Of a stretch of DNA of 64,000 nucleotides, positions 48,964 through 61,190 are shown in pieces. The notes beneath the pieces were generated by a model, which did not search any database, was not told the origin of the DNA, and was given only the letters and a program-made list of their open reading frames with translations. Made by a program: the position numbers and the translations under genes. Within the stretch, counting starts at the first letter, position 1. Each line of letters begins with the position of its first letter. This DNA comes from Somniosus microcephalus (lineage: Eukaryota). The stretch is taken from NCBI GenBank assembly GCA_052327205.1, contig CM126228.1:8246001-8310000 (forward strand). Direction: 5' to 3'.

Positions 48964-48966
<3 letters not shown>

Positions 48967-49007
<41 letters not shown>

Positions 49008-49010
49008 TAT
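48967..49010. repeat. (TA)n(CA)n microsatellite
   Basis: Seen directly. Confidence 0.9.
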
Positions 49011-50131
49011 ATTTTAGGAGCTATTGACTATCAATCAGAGTGGGGTCTTAGTGATTTTTCTTTTCCCTATATTCCTAGCCCACGGGCATTGAAGCCAATT
49101 GTTGTATTCCGACTGCTAACTCAGCTCAAGTCAGCTAATTTAACACAAGGCAGGGATCAAAATTGGGTCTTTCTATAAGGTAGTGCCCTTCCACAAGGCA
49201 GTGCTGTTGCCAGCTGAGCCATTAAGGATGCTACCATTTTAAATCCTTTAGATAGCTTTAAACAAAATCCCCTTTTTGTATAAGAAAGTCTGGATGTGGT
49301 CTTTTCCATGGCACACATCATTCAGACACTACGTTGACCAATGAGAGTCATGCTTTCCTTGTTCCCTCGAGAAAATAATTAATCAAAAATAGTGTAACAA
49401 AAATAATAAAAGTTCAAGATCACTTAGAAAATTTGACAGGCGTTTGAGTTCACCGTCACAACAGATTCATTGCAAGGCTGGAAAGAAAAAATGGAGGGCA
49501 AGCTAATTCAGGCCACTGTCGTGCACCTCCTGGAGCTAGTTGCAGAGGTGCACTGGCAGTCGCTCGAGTAGTGTCTGCATGTCTGCCCTCTACAGGAATT
49601 GGTGCACAGCATGATAAGGCCTCAGAAAGACAGGAGAAGAAAACTAACTAAGATCAACTTAGACACAAAACGTGATCTTCAGGCTTTTTTTATAAATCAA
49701 CATGTATATTTTTGTTAGTGAGTCTTTTGTGTTCACTAAGGTAATGAAAATTAGTCCTGTGGAAAGGAAATATTTCAGGCAGCATCAAGCATTCCAGGTT
49801 ATTGTGCGCCAAATGCAGAGACCACAAGGATGGCTGGTGTGGGAAATGAAAATTTTTACTGGGAAATTACTGTGACAATGGCCCTTTTGAAGAAGGGGTA
49901 GCAACAACTTTAATTCTGCTTATGGCTTGAGAGTACTCAATGCTAACTCTGGGTAAAAAAAAAAATGAAAAAGCACATCAACAGGATGTTATAAAAGGAG
50001 ATTTTACTGAGCTGTAGATTGCATGGATCCAAAAACTATGCTGATCAATAATCTTATTCTTCTATAAAACTGTGATCATACTTCAGAATTCATAAGGATT
50101 ATGAAATAATTACTGTGTTTGTTTACCACAG

Positions 50132-50177
50132 CATGCGAAAGTTACCAACTGAAAGGCCAGCACCTGAGGAGCTCATG
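50132..50177 (+). CDS. MAP2K5: MAP2K5 46-nt penultimate coding exon (C)MRKLPTERPAPEELM
   Basis: ttaccacAG acceptor; the first base completes TG|C (Cys); GTaggt donor. Matches MEK5 MRKQPKERPAPEELM (subdomain XI). Confidence 0.95.
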
Positions 50178-51142
50178 GTAGGTCATCCACTTTCTTTGCA
50201 AACTTATTTGGTTTTCAGGTAACATTCTCATATTTTAGTGAGACCTGAAAGGACTTGGTACTAAGTTGTCCTGACAACATATCACTACTGTTGTGATTTT
50301 AAACCTTATTGGATAGCTCACAAAAGAGTTTTAACCCCATTTTATTAAAAACTGCAACTCACTGCAACTAACACCACCAATTGGTCATTCAATTCATTTG
50401 TTGCAATTAGCTGCCACATTTACCTACACAAGACTCACTGTGCTTCAAAAGTAATTCATTGGTAGTGATAAGGTGTTATATAAATATACGTTCTTTCTTT
50501 TGCAAGAGAACAAAATGTCTCAATCCGTTTAAAGCAAATTTTTGGTGATTGTTCCATGTTCTTCCGGGTATGTTATTTGCTAGTTGCAAATTATGTGCTG
50601 ACATCTAAAACCTACAAACGTTCAGGTGGGAGAAGGTATTCTGGTTAGTCAGATATTTAAAGGAATGTTACATTGCACATGGGACACACCAATTAGTCTA
50701 GCCATTAGACTTGCCTTTTTACAGCAAATAATTAGTACAGTTGTACTGTTGACAGGCTGGCCTGAAATGTTTAATTATGTTTCCACATGCCATTCAGGAG
50801 CTCATTTTCATTTCAATGTGTTGACAAAGTAAGCAGTCATCTCATAAGAGCATTAAGAATTTCTAGGAGCAGGAAATGACCATTATGCCCAACACATCTA
50901 TCCCTTTTTGATAGGTAATTTCCACTTGTTTTATTCCAACATTTGGGTAAAAAGTACACCTTACTTCCCTTGCTCCTAACATAATTTTTGCCTTGTGTCC
51001 CTTTGTATTTAAATTCATCTCTTTCACTTTCAGAAGTTTATGATGTTTGGATAGATTGTATTTACCTATTTGGTTGTCAGTTACCTAAGAAGTATCAGTC
51101 CATAGATAGATTTTTGGACTCGTGGGGATCGGGAAGGAAAGT

Positions 51143-51690
51143 AGAAACATAGAAACATAGAAGATAGGAGCAGGAGTAGGCCATTCGGCCCTTCGAGCCT
51201 GCTTCGCCATTCAATGAGATCATGGCTGATCATCCAAATTCAGTACCCTGTCCCTGCCTTCTCCCCATATCCCTTGATCCCTTTAGCCTTAAGAAATATA
51301 TCCAACTCTTTTTTGAATATATTTAATGAACTGGCCTCCACCGCCCTCTGTGGCAGAGAATTCCACAGGTTCACCACTCTCTGGGTGAAGAAATTCCTCC
51401 TCATTTCAGTCCTAAATGGCTTACCCCTTATCCTTAGACTATGACCCCTAGTTCTGGACTCCCCGGCCATCATAAACATCCTTCCTGCATCTAGTCTGTC
51501 CAGGCCTGACAGAATTTTATAGGTTTCGATGAGATCCCCTCTCAATCTTCTAAACTCCAGTGAGTATAAGCCCAATCGACACAATCTCTCGTCATACGTC
51601 ATTCCTGCCATCCCAGATATCAGCCTGGTGAATCTTCGCTGCACTCCTTCCATGGCAAGAACGTCCTTCCTCAGGTAAGGCGACCAATTC
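51143..51690 (-). mobile_element. CR1 LINE 3' fragment
   Basis: Minus ORF SPYLRKDVLAMEGVQRRFTRLI...RTRGHSLRIRG...GIKGYGEKAG is homologous to 12120-12563. (TTTCTATG)n tail at the left end. Confidence 0.93.
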
Positions 51691-51694
51691 TGAG

Positions 51695-51784
51695 GTAGAA
51701 GATCAGCCATGATCTTATTGAATGGCGGAGCAGGCTTGCGGGGCTGTATGGCCTACTGCTGCTCCTAATTTTTATGTTCTTATA
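51695..51784 (+). mobile_element. CR1 3' UTR remnant on the opposite strand
   Basis: GATCAGCCATGATCTTATTGAATGGCGGAGCAGGC...TATGTTCTTAT matches 12707-12790. Confidence 0.8.
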
Positions 51785-52487
51785 TCCATGAGGTATTATT
51801 GCTTATTGTAGAGTGGGGAACATGGTTTGCTTTTAGACAAGCATCTGCTGTGTTCTGACCTCCAAGTGACTTATGAATGAGCAGATCCTATATCTGCATT
51901 TTGATGTAGTCCTGACATAAAATAAACCCGCCACTTGGATAGATTTCTTGTTGGGACTAATTCTGGGCACTGCAATGTAAAGCAGTGGCACGTTTCTGGA
52001 TCGTATCAGCTCATGAGCAAAGCATGTGATCGGAATGGCAGGGTTCTTCTCCGAATGATCTCTTGTGAGTTTAGGACCCAGTACAGGTGACGTGTACAAC
52101 CACATACTCTGTTTTATTCCCAATAGGAGGTACCTCACAGCATTTGACATAGGCTTTTACTCAGTATCATGATGTATGGATGGCCAGAATTGTTTTTACT
52201 CAGGATTAAGCAGAAACCTGTGTACAGTTACCATCATGGATTTGAATACTGTGCCAGTTTAAGAATTTTTTTCTCTCTTTCACTTTCACTGACCTTTTAA
52301 AATCCATTTTTAAAAATTCAGTTGAAGAGTAGAGGTGACAATGGAGAAGGCAGGCAAGGCACAACAGCACATGATAATTTTAATGAAATTATTACTTGTG
52401 TATTTTTAATAAGAGATCACAGAATGACTTGCATTTACATCGCACCTTACTACATCTTCAGAAACATCTCGAAGTGCATCATATACA

Positions 52488-53350
52488 GGGCAGAATTTCC
52501 AATCCAGTGTTAGTCAAGCAGTGTGTTATTAGCACCCTGCCTGACCTTTAGTGTGATGACCCTGCCTGATTTTGTGGGTAAGCTTTCAGTGCCTGGCATT
52601 GGGGGCTTGCCAGAAGGAAGCTGAAAAATCATGTTAAGTAGCCCTTAAAGAGCTGATTATACCAGGTGATGGGTACATTTAAAGGGATGCAGCTACTTAA
52701 AGGTAAATGGCTACATATGGGAACAGAAATATTGGTAGCCTTTACAAATGATGCTAATATTTTAATGTATATTTCAGCCTTTACAAAGGTTGTTTGGGTC
52801 AATAAAATGGCTGTCTGGCACAATCATTGTGAAGGCAGGAAACTGAGACTGTCCAAACGATGGATTGCACAGCACTCCAACCCTGTGTTTGATAGCTGGT
52901 GGAATAAAGGTGGCACAGAATGAGCTGGTAGCAAGGAGTGTAACGCACCTTGCCACTCCAAGGAGCCCTCCCCATAGGCAACATTGCAGCATATCTGAAA
53001 GGTGGTGAAGGAATCAGAATTGAGGGTGCAGCTGACTGCCCCTGCCACTGCTAGTTCATGTTGGCTGGATCTGTATTTGCAGCAGATCACACAGCTCTGC
53101 ATCTGGCTGTCTGCTGCCCCAGGGTTTGTGTAGCTAATTCTGCAGGTCACTGCCAGGAAGTTGTGCCTCTATCTGTAAATGTGGATGGAGGGTACTGGCA
53201 GATGGGTGTAGTCTATGTCTGGTGCAGCCTGATGCACCTGTCATCCTTCCATTGCTTCTTCTCTTCCTCTGGAAAGTTGTCTGGCTGTGTCCTTTTCCCT
53301 TCTGGAATACTGTACACAGCACATTTTGAAAAACTTGTGATCAGTGTGCC
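52488..53350 (+). mobile_element. Possible highly decayed Harbinger-type element
   Basis: Starts GGGCAGAATTTCC (TIR-like) and has a faint Myb-like KVAQNELVARSVT near 52907-52945. The right end is not identified. Confidence 0.3.
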
Positions 53351-54788
53351 ACTAAGTGTCTAAATGCAGCACATGGGCACTCATGATTATTGGTTGTTTT
53401 TTGTTCTGTTTATGCTTGGTTTTGCTTGTTTTCTGGCCAAAGTCCCATAATAGACTTTGTTTATTGTAATATGCCAGTGGGAGCAACTGTAATATGAATA
53501 AGCCATCTGATATTTGGGATTTTTTTGAACTTGGGTCAAAAAATCAGCTGCAAGCAAAATCCATTCTGCCTTGAGTCAAAAATAAGGCAATATGTTTGTA
53601 ATCAGAAAATTGGGTTTAATCAGCAGAATAGCTTCAGTACCAACATGTACAACAATTTTCAATAAAATAATTTGGAAGGAATACAATAATTTAAATAGAT
53701 AATAAGCACCGAAAACTGCCTTCAAAAGTAGAATGCCTTATCTCATTAGCAACTTCTTCAGTGCCTTCCTTCTCTTCCCTGAACTTCATTTAACCATCTG
53801 TACGTTGTATAGGCAACTAAAGGTGCGCTCTACGGCAATACCGCCCATTGTTATGGCGAGAATATGAAGTGCTCCCTGTGCCAAACGGGAAAAGTGGCTG
53901 CATGCATCACACCGGAACTGTAAAATGCCAAAGTTGACATTTCCAGGATTCACCATGTTTAATCCTAATTTTAGAGTTTATCTTTCAGTTGATGCTTGAG
54001 ATTTGAACCTAAAATCAGAAGCTTAAGTTATGCTTAAATTAATGACTACAAGAGAATGTATTGTCATTTCAAGGCAAAAACTATGCCAAAAATGAACCAC
54101 AATATTGTCCACCAATCACTACTCGCTCTAACTACAAACATTTATGCTGTTTTTTTGGTAATCCTATCTGAAATAAATCTGCAGACAATTGGCAGAGTTG
54201 GTTGCAAAAATTCACCGAACAGTAGGAACTCTCAAGAAAATTTGACACTGTTTGTTACTGTCAGCAGTTTTCATGTTCTGCAAAGATTGTATCTGCCTTC
54301 TGATATATTGGAGCTTTGTTTGGCAAACTACAGAGAAATTCCTGAAACAGCAGGTCAATCAGCACCATTAGAGGGAAAAGACAAGTTAATGTTTCAAGTA
54401 GAACCCAGAAGCTTAACTCGTCGTCTTCTTATGGATGCTGACTAACCTGCTGTGTATTTCCTGCATTTTGTGTTTCTGCTTCAGATTTCCAGCATTTGCA
54501 GTTTCTTTGTACAATAAAGAGAAAACCCATCTTTTGCTTCTTGACTCGAGACAGTCCAAAGGCAGGCAACCCATTGGAACTTGATAAAGTTGCTCTTCTC
54601 TGCCAGAATCCATCCTCTGCAACAGGAGGAAGATGTTTTTGGAATACAAGTGTTATTGCAGCTATTTATTTCACTCCAAAAAGGTCTGCACATAATACCA
54701 TCATGTGGAGATGCCGGTGTTGGACTGGGGTGGACAAATGTAAGAAGTCACACAACACCAGGTTATAGTCCAACAGTTTTATTTGAAA

Positions 54789-54825
54789 TCACAAGCTTTC
54801 GGAGCGCTGCTCCTTCGTCAGGTGA
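54789..54825 (-). ncRNA. Minimal hammerhead ribozyme motif, antisense copy
   Basis: Exact reverse complement of 55127-55163. Confidence 0.7.
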
Positions 54826-55126
54826 AGTGGGGAGATGCATAAAGACACAGCTTATATAGTCAGAGAATAATGCCAGATTTTTTTTGTCTGTTTTTTGTTT
54901 TTCATACAGACCCCAGCATCTGCAACATTTGACCCCTTGTGACCCCACCTCATTGTTCTTTGATGTAATGTTTTCCTGACTGACCTGTTTGGACACCATT
55001 CACACCTTTGATTGCTGTGATTATCTCTCTGCCGAGGTGTGATAAATGGCAGTTAGAAAGATTACCTGTAATCATCTGGCATTATTCTCTGACTATATAA
55101 GCTGTGTCTTTATGCATCTCTCCACT

Positions 55127-55163
55127 TCACCTGACGAAGGAGCAGCGCTCCGAAAGCTTGTGA
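55127..55163 (+). ncRNA. Minimal type I hammerhead ribozyme motif
   Basis: TCAC-CTGACGA-A-GGAGC-AGC-GCTCC-GAAA-GCTT-GTGA: stem I TCAC/GTGA, core CUGANGA...GAAA, stem II 5 bp, palindromic AAGCTT stem III. Confidence 0.7.
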
Positions 55164-57539
55164 TTTCAAATAAAACTGTTGGACTATAACCTGGTGTTGT
55201 GTGACTTCTTACATAATACCATCGACAAAGCTTCACGCACTACTTCAACTGCTTGCAGAACACCTGATGCCCTGTCCCTCGTACGCAGAAGTTCATGGGC
55301 ATCATTAGCCATGACTTCTGGAACCAGTGTTGCTAGAATGTGTGTTAACAAAATGGGAAATCTGACTTGCCCATTTATGCTCAATACAATTTCTCGATCT
55401 CTTTCTGTACTCTCAGCAACTTCTGGGTTCAGATTCATAAGATATATCCTTGCTAAAGCTGTCTCTGGCTACACCCTGTTGTATACCACCTAGTACAAAT
55501 ATATCTCTATAGGTCATTTGATATGTTTCATAGCACGCAGTAACAAGGGCAGGCAGGAGGGAAATGAGATGGGAGGTCGGCCTCACTCTCTTTCTCTCCC
55601 CCCCACCCCCCCCCCCGCAACTCACTTGCATTTACATACAGCAGGCACGGAAGGGGTGGCCAATGGAAGTCTCAACAGGGGGAGGAAATTTACCTGAAGT
55701 GGAAATGTAGCAGTAAGCCTTGCTGCTTGATTTTGATTTTTGTCCCCTTTTCCTCCACTATCCCATCCAATTTTCAGTGGGATAACAAGAATATCCAGCC
55801 CAGCCTTTTTGCACTCAATCTATGTCATTGTGTTTCCGTGCCAACAAAGATGACAGTTCTGATCAAGAGGTCAATCATTTATATAATAGTTTGTCTTTTT
55901 AAAACATAGAAGTACAATTTTTGTATAAAGCCATTGTAGGGATTTAATGTCAAGTCTACCTGCAACATCAAGACTTTTTTTTTAATCAAACTTTTTTGCA
56001 GCATTTTTCATACAAATGCAGCATATCGAGCCCACTGTTTTTTTTTAATGCAGTAGTACTATAGAAATGATCTGCATGTAAAATATAAATAAAACACAGG
56101 ATTTACAATCTGCCATTTAGGATCCTATAGGGTTTCTACCAGCCAAAGTAAGAGACCTTTATGAATCATAGAGAATTGCACAAGATTTTATCATGTTCAT
56201 TTTGAAGATAGACCCAGGAGTCGCTGGTAAAGAACCGGAGTCTGCAGGGCTTTCAGGGAGCTGCTGTCAGCTTTGAGGCAGCCTTCACTGATTGTAAATG
56301 ACATCCAGCAAGGGGGAGGAATGCTGCCGGAGAATAATTCCCAATAGGTCATTTATTCAGCACTGTTTGTTGATTTGACAATGAACAAGCTGTTAAGAAT
56401 ATCTGTGGCATCCAGCAGAACTAGTAAATAATAATTATACTGTGCCTCTCCTCACTTTATCTCCTGTTGTTATTTTTGTTACACTCGTCTATACTGCTTG
56501 CAATGTTTCTTCTCTGGAGCAGCTGAAACTGCTGTTGTATTTAGCACTTTTGTCTTAAAGTCACTCTCTCTAATCAAGCGGCAGGCAGCCATTATAATTC
56601 AAATACAAGTAGTTCTGACCATTTTAAGTGGCAACATTCTGTGAGTTTGTTAATTACATTTCTGCAGTAAAGCCCCTTTTCAGCAAAGAGACAGTCTTTA
56701 CTAAGAGGAGCTGGAGCATAAATATAAATCACAGCTTATAAGTGCAATGCAATTTCATTCACTCGGCAGAATGATGAAATTTGGGAGCATTTTTGCACCT
56801 CTGAAATGGTTCGAATCAATCCAAAATAAACCCTTTATTGCCATTCAATTCAGGCTGGTTTGCATGCGTGCTTCTTGTTCAGTGGGATTCGGGGATTAAT
56901 CCACCGTTTGTGAACCTGGACCCTTTCACCTCGAGGGGAGAAATTTATCATAAAAGTGTGAAATTGGGGAAACTACACAGGCTTAAATAAGCAATTTAAA
57001 ACACTAAGCTCACTATGAAATGAGTGATGTTTCACTAAAGATGCATTGTGGTGATTAAATTCAAGCCGACTTTTATGGGTCCGGTTTAAATAACAGTAAT
57101 GCACGTGTGGTTTTACTGGGTGGTGCCTGAGTTCAGTGAGTAGCACCAAAGCTTGGGTTCAACCTACATATATCCATAGCACAGAAACCAAGTTTGAATG
57201 CGATGTGCCTTTGATATAAAACTTGTGTATATATGAAATAATAAGAAACTGAGAATGCTGAAAATCCGAAATAAAAACAGAAAACGCTGGAAGTGCACAG
57301 TAGGACCATCAGCATTTGAAAGAGAAAGGCATTTTGGGTGGGACCCTTCACACACTTGGACAATGTACCAGAGAACAGCCTGTACCTCAACATGAGCCGC
57401 GATCACCTTCAAGAGAAGAGGGGTGCATAATAATTATCTCTAACTTTTTTTTAAATGATTTAATAGTGCAGTATTTAATTTCATTAGAATGCCAAGGCCC
57501 AGTCTCGGTTATGAACCTCAGCTGAAAAGCTTACTTTTT

Positions 57540-57880
57540 TTTTGTTCTTGGGATGTGGGTAACCTTGCCTCTAATTGTCCGAAGAAGGTGGTGGGCTGAC
57601 TTCTTGGGTAGCAATTGTTTGTACAATTGAGGACATGCTAGGCCACTTCAGAGGGCATTAAGAATCAACCACATAGCGTGAACCAGTGTCTTATATGGGC
57701 CAGACCGGCTAGGGGTGGCAGGTTCCCTTCCAGTGGTATTGGTGAACCAGTTGGATTTGACGACATTTTGTTTGTTTGCCAGCCCATAAATTAACAGATT
57801 CATTGAATTCAGTTTCACAACTTCCTGTGACGGGATGGCAAGACCTCTGGTTTGCTAGTCTAGTACCGTAACCACTCGCT
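57540..57880 (-). mobile_element. Degraded interspersed repeat (retroposon 3' end); shorter copies at 47375-47442 and 47975-48040
   Basis: Shared TGGGATGTG...GGCAAGGC(C/T)AGCATTTATTGCCCATCCCTA motif after a T-run in the short copies, weaker in this one. Confidence 0.45.
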
Positions 57881-58044
57881 ACAATATTATAAGATTATGT
57901 AAGATAACATGTGCTAAAGGTTATGAGGATCATGTGATTTGACTATTGAATTTCAACATCGTTCAAATAGGATTTAATATTAATGAAGTCGCGGGCTGGA
58001 AAAATACGGGGGGGGGGGGGGAAACAATTAATGCAAAACTGCTC

Positions 58045-58380
58045 TCCCAATGGTTCAGTAAGTAAGTTCACTGAGCCATACAGACCAGAAGGTTTCAAAT
58101 GGTTCGCATTGAGTTACCTGCTGTCAGCTGGGCTGGCAGTAAGGATGCTGTGATTGGCCTCAGTGCCTTTCAGCTAGGCAGGGGTTCAGAAAGAGTTCAC
58201 ACTCCTGATTGCCATCTAGTAATCTCTGCTGGCACCTCAGAATTGGACAATATCCGGCTCAGCTGTGATGCTCTCTGCAATCAAATATCCTTCCCACAGT
58301 CGGTGTTTGGGCTCAGACGTGAAGGATGGTCACTCAGTGAAGTACTAAGGGCAGCTTGTGCCCGTGGGGCTGAACACCAG
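58045..58380 (+). mobile_element. Same old SINE-like family
   Basis: ACTGAGCCATACAGACCAGAAGG...ATTGGCCTCAG...GTGAAGGATGGTCAC. Confidence 0.6.
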
Positions 58381-59914
58381 CAAGAGTCAACATTCTCAAC
58401 AGAGAGGGAGAGTAAATTTAAGAAAGGGGGAAAAAAATGAATACAAAACATTTTCGTTTAAAGACAGTTGTTTTCACTTCTTGGATGTATGCCTTCAGCA
58501 GGCTGTGATGACATCTTGTAACTACACTCTTGGCTGTTGTGGCCTTTTAATTGTTGTTGTGTTGCTCCCATGCAGCAGAAAATCAAATGAAGCAATTTGA
58601 AATTTGCCAGCGGATGATTTTGAACAGTAATTCACTTCCCTCTGGAATGACTAGGAAGCAGTAACTTCCCAGTATTGAGAAGAGTTGTCATCTGAACATT
58701 GAACATAGATTTCACACTATCTGAGTCATTGCAATTAAAGAGGGAGTTTTGCATTAGCAGCACTTTCAAAAAAATTAACTTCTCCCACACCGTCCTCAGT
58801 TTTTTTTCCCCTCGTCAAGATGGTTACTTATGTTCAGGTACAGTTCCAAGCGTGCTGGTAACCTTCCAGCACATTACCCAAGCTGCCATTTTGCATGCAC
58901 TCTCAGACTATTTAACTATGGAGCATCGCAAGCGAGTCCAAACTTGCTGTGCTGTTGTCTTTCTTTATTCCCCCACAAGCCCATGGGTGCTGAGACCAAT
59001 TGTATGAACTATTTTGCTGCCCTGGCTAAAATCCGATACCTCAGCACAGACTGGGATTCATTGATTAGGTTCGTCCTGTAGTTTAAAAATCATACATGAC
59101 AGTACAGTTACCTGTTCCTTTATTTAATAGCACTGTTTAAGGTTTACAAAACCTTACTGACCACTAGTAATTTTCAAGCTTCTCTTCATTTACCATTTTG
59201 AATTGTATTCACATTTGTGAGGATTGCTTCACCACTGTTGGAAGAAAAGCTCAGTTAAACTATCTTTAGCACACTCGATGACTTACATATAAATATTCAG
59301 GCCGGCTCTGAACCCAGTGCATCAACCGCTCTGAGGTGTATTAATTGTATTTTCCAGAAGCTCTCGAAAGCTGGCTGCCATTTAATGGAATCTATGCATA
59401 GAACAGAATTAGGTCACAAAGAAAGCCTGCATCTTATGTTTGGATCAATGTGTCAGCTAATACTTTATCAGAGACACTTGATTATCTCATGCTGATTCAA
59501 TTCCTATTCTGTAGGGTGCAGTTGTGCTGTAACGGAATACTCACTGCATTCATATTAAAAACATAGACCCAATCTATCTGTATGTAAATGTAAGAATCCA
59601 CAGCTGGAAATTTTTATGTGGGTTGGATTACTAATAATACATATTAATTTGCTTACCCTAAATAAATAGCTAAAGTAATAAATATGTACTTTTTAATGAT
59701 GAATCTTGAATTTTTTTTTCTGTACACTGACGCACTTAAGTTCCGCAATGCGTCATCTAAAGTACTCCAATTGTTACAAGCTGAAGAGTTAGTATGAAAC
59801 ACATGCATTTGATGAAACCACCTGTCCCCTACCCGAACCTTCCTCGCTACCATAGCCACATTTCTGATTTTTTTTTTCTTCTCTTTCTCTCTCCACCCCC
59901 ACCCCGCCTAAAAT

Positions 59915-60235
59915 TGCTCACCTCTCTTAAAGGCGGTGATACCGTAGTGTGTCTGACACCCATGCAGTGTGGCTCAAGTGGCTATTATTTGCATGTGACT
60001 ATTGGCAGATTCAAGCCTGGTCTGCTCCTTGCCCTTGCAAACTTTCCATGGATCAGAGCGAGAGCACCTTTTTTTTGTTCTTTCCCCACCCGACTCTGCA
60101 TGTAAGGGCACTAAGAACAATTGCAACACCTCACTGCCATTCTGGATGTTATCGGCTAACTCAGTAGAGACCAGGGATCAAACCTGGGTCCATCTTGGTC
60201 TGTGTGGCTCCGTACCACACCAGGCAGGACATATA
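59915..60235 (-). mobile_element. Same old SINE-like family, reverse orientation
   Basis: GGGATCAAACCTGGG...TGGTCTGTGTGGCTCCGTACCACAC. Confidence 0.5.
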
Positions 60236-60690
60236 CCAACTCTCCAGTACATTTTAAAGCCCGTGTTCAGATCAATAATTCCTTTTTATTTTCACAACAG
60301 CTTTGTGTTTGTACTCCCTTTCGCTATTGCAATTAAGAGTTGGTCCATCTTTATTAAATTTAAACAATCACGAGCCTAGCAAATTCAGTAATGATTAAAC
60401 AGTTTAGGAAGTGCACGACTTAAGGATGTTTGGCTTCAAAACACATTGAGCAGCAGAATACAGGATTTGATCAGTCTTCAAAAGCTGAGTGAAAATGTCT
60501 CTGCTCATTGTTTTTTTAAGTGTAACTTTCATTTAGGATAAATACCATGTACAAGAAATAAATGTTCCATTTCCCACAACTCACATAAATTACAAATATA
60601 TATATATGTACGGTTGTGGGGAATGGAACTCTTCCTACCTCATATCAGGTACAGCACAACCAGATGCAAAGTAAAGCTCCCTCTACTAGA

Positions 60691-61190
60691 ATGGCACCAG
60701 AGATGCGGGACTTCAATTATGTGGAGAGACTGGAAAAGCTGGAATAACAACAGAAAATGCTGGAAAAACTCAGCAGGTCAGGCAACATCCGTGGACAGAA
60801 ATTTGAGTTGACGTTTCGGGTCGAACCCTTCTTCAAAACTGGAGTTGTTCGCCTAAGAGCAGAGATGGTTAAGGGGAGATTTGATAGAGGTGTTCGAAAT
60901 GATGAACAGTTTTGATAGAGTAAATAAGGAGAAACTGTTTCCAGTGGCAGAAGGGTCAGTAACTAGAGGACACAGATTTAAGGTGATTGGCAGAAGAACC
61001 AGAGGCGACATGAGGAAACATTTTTTTACACAGCAAGTTGTTGTGATCTGGAACGCACTGCCTAAAAGGGTGGTGGAAGAAGATTCAATAGTACTTTCAA
61101 ATTGGATAAATACTTGAAGGGAAAAAAAATAGTGCGATGGGGAAAGAGCAGGGGGACGAATTGGATTGCTCTATCAAAGAGCCGGCATTA
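60691..61190 (+). mobile_element. Older CR1 3' fragment interrupted by a Penelope-like piece at about 60743-60842
   Basis: Translates to YVERLEKL | ...LRGDLIEVF...EKLFPVAEGSVTRGHRFKVIG...FFTQQVVVIWNALP. Confidence 0.85.
60743..60842 (-). mobile_element. Penelope-like short repeat with degenerate hammerhead core
   Basis: Minus strand AGTT-TTGAAGA-A-GGGT-TCG-ACCC-GAAA-CGTC-AACT, with the first core base C changed to T. CAGAAAATGCTGGAAA motif shared with 34088-34290 and 57245-57350. Confidence 0.6.

Larger units (their letters stand above)
54703..55210. mobile_element. Penelope-like element remnant with inverted pseudo-LTRs
   Basis: 141-bp inverted repeat (54738-54878 / 55074-55214, one mismatch seen). 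13-bp direct flanks ACATAATACCATC (54690-54702 / 55211-55223). Hammerhead cores in both arms. Confidence 0.8.
54505..55550 (-). pseudogene. Unassigned decayed coding-like segment split by the Penelope-like insertion
   Basis: Removing the insertion and one TSD joins PETALARIYLMNLNPEV...EALSMVL to CADLFGVK*IAAITLVFQKHLPPVAEDGFWQRR in frame. The in-register plus frame is also open across the junction (54496-55493). Confidence 0.35.
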
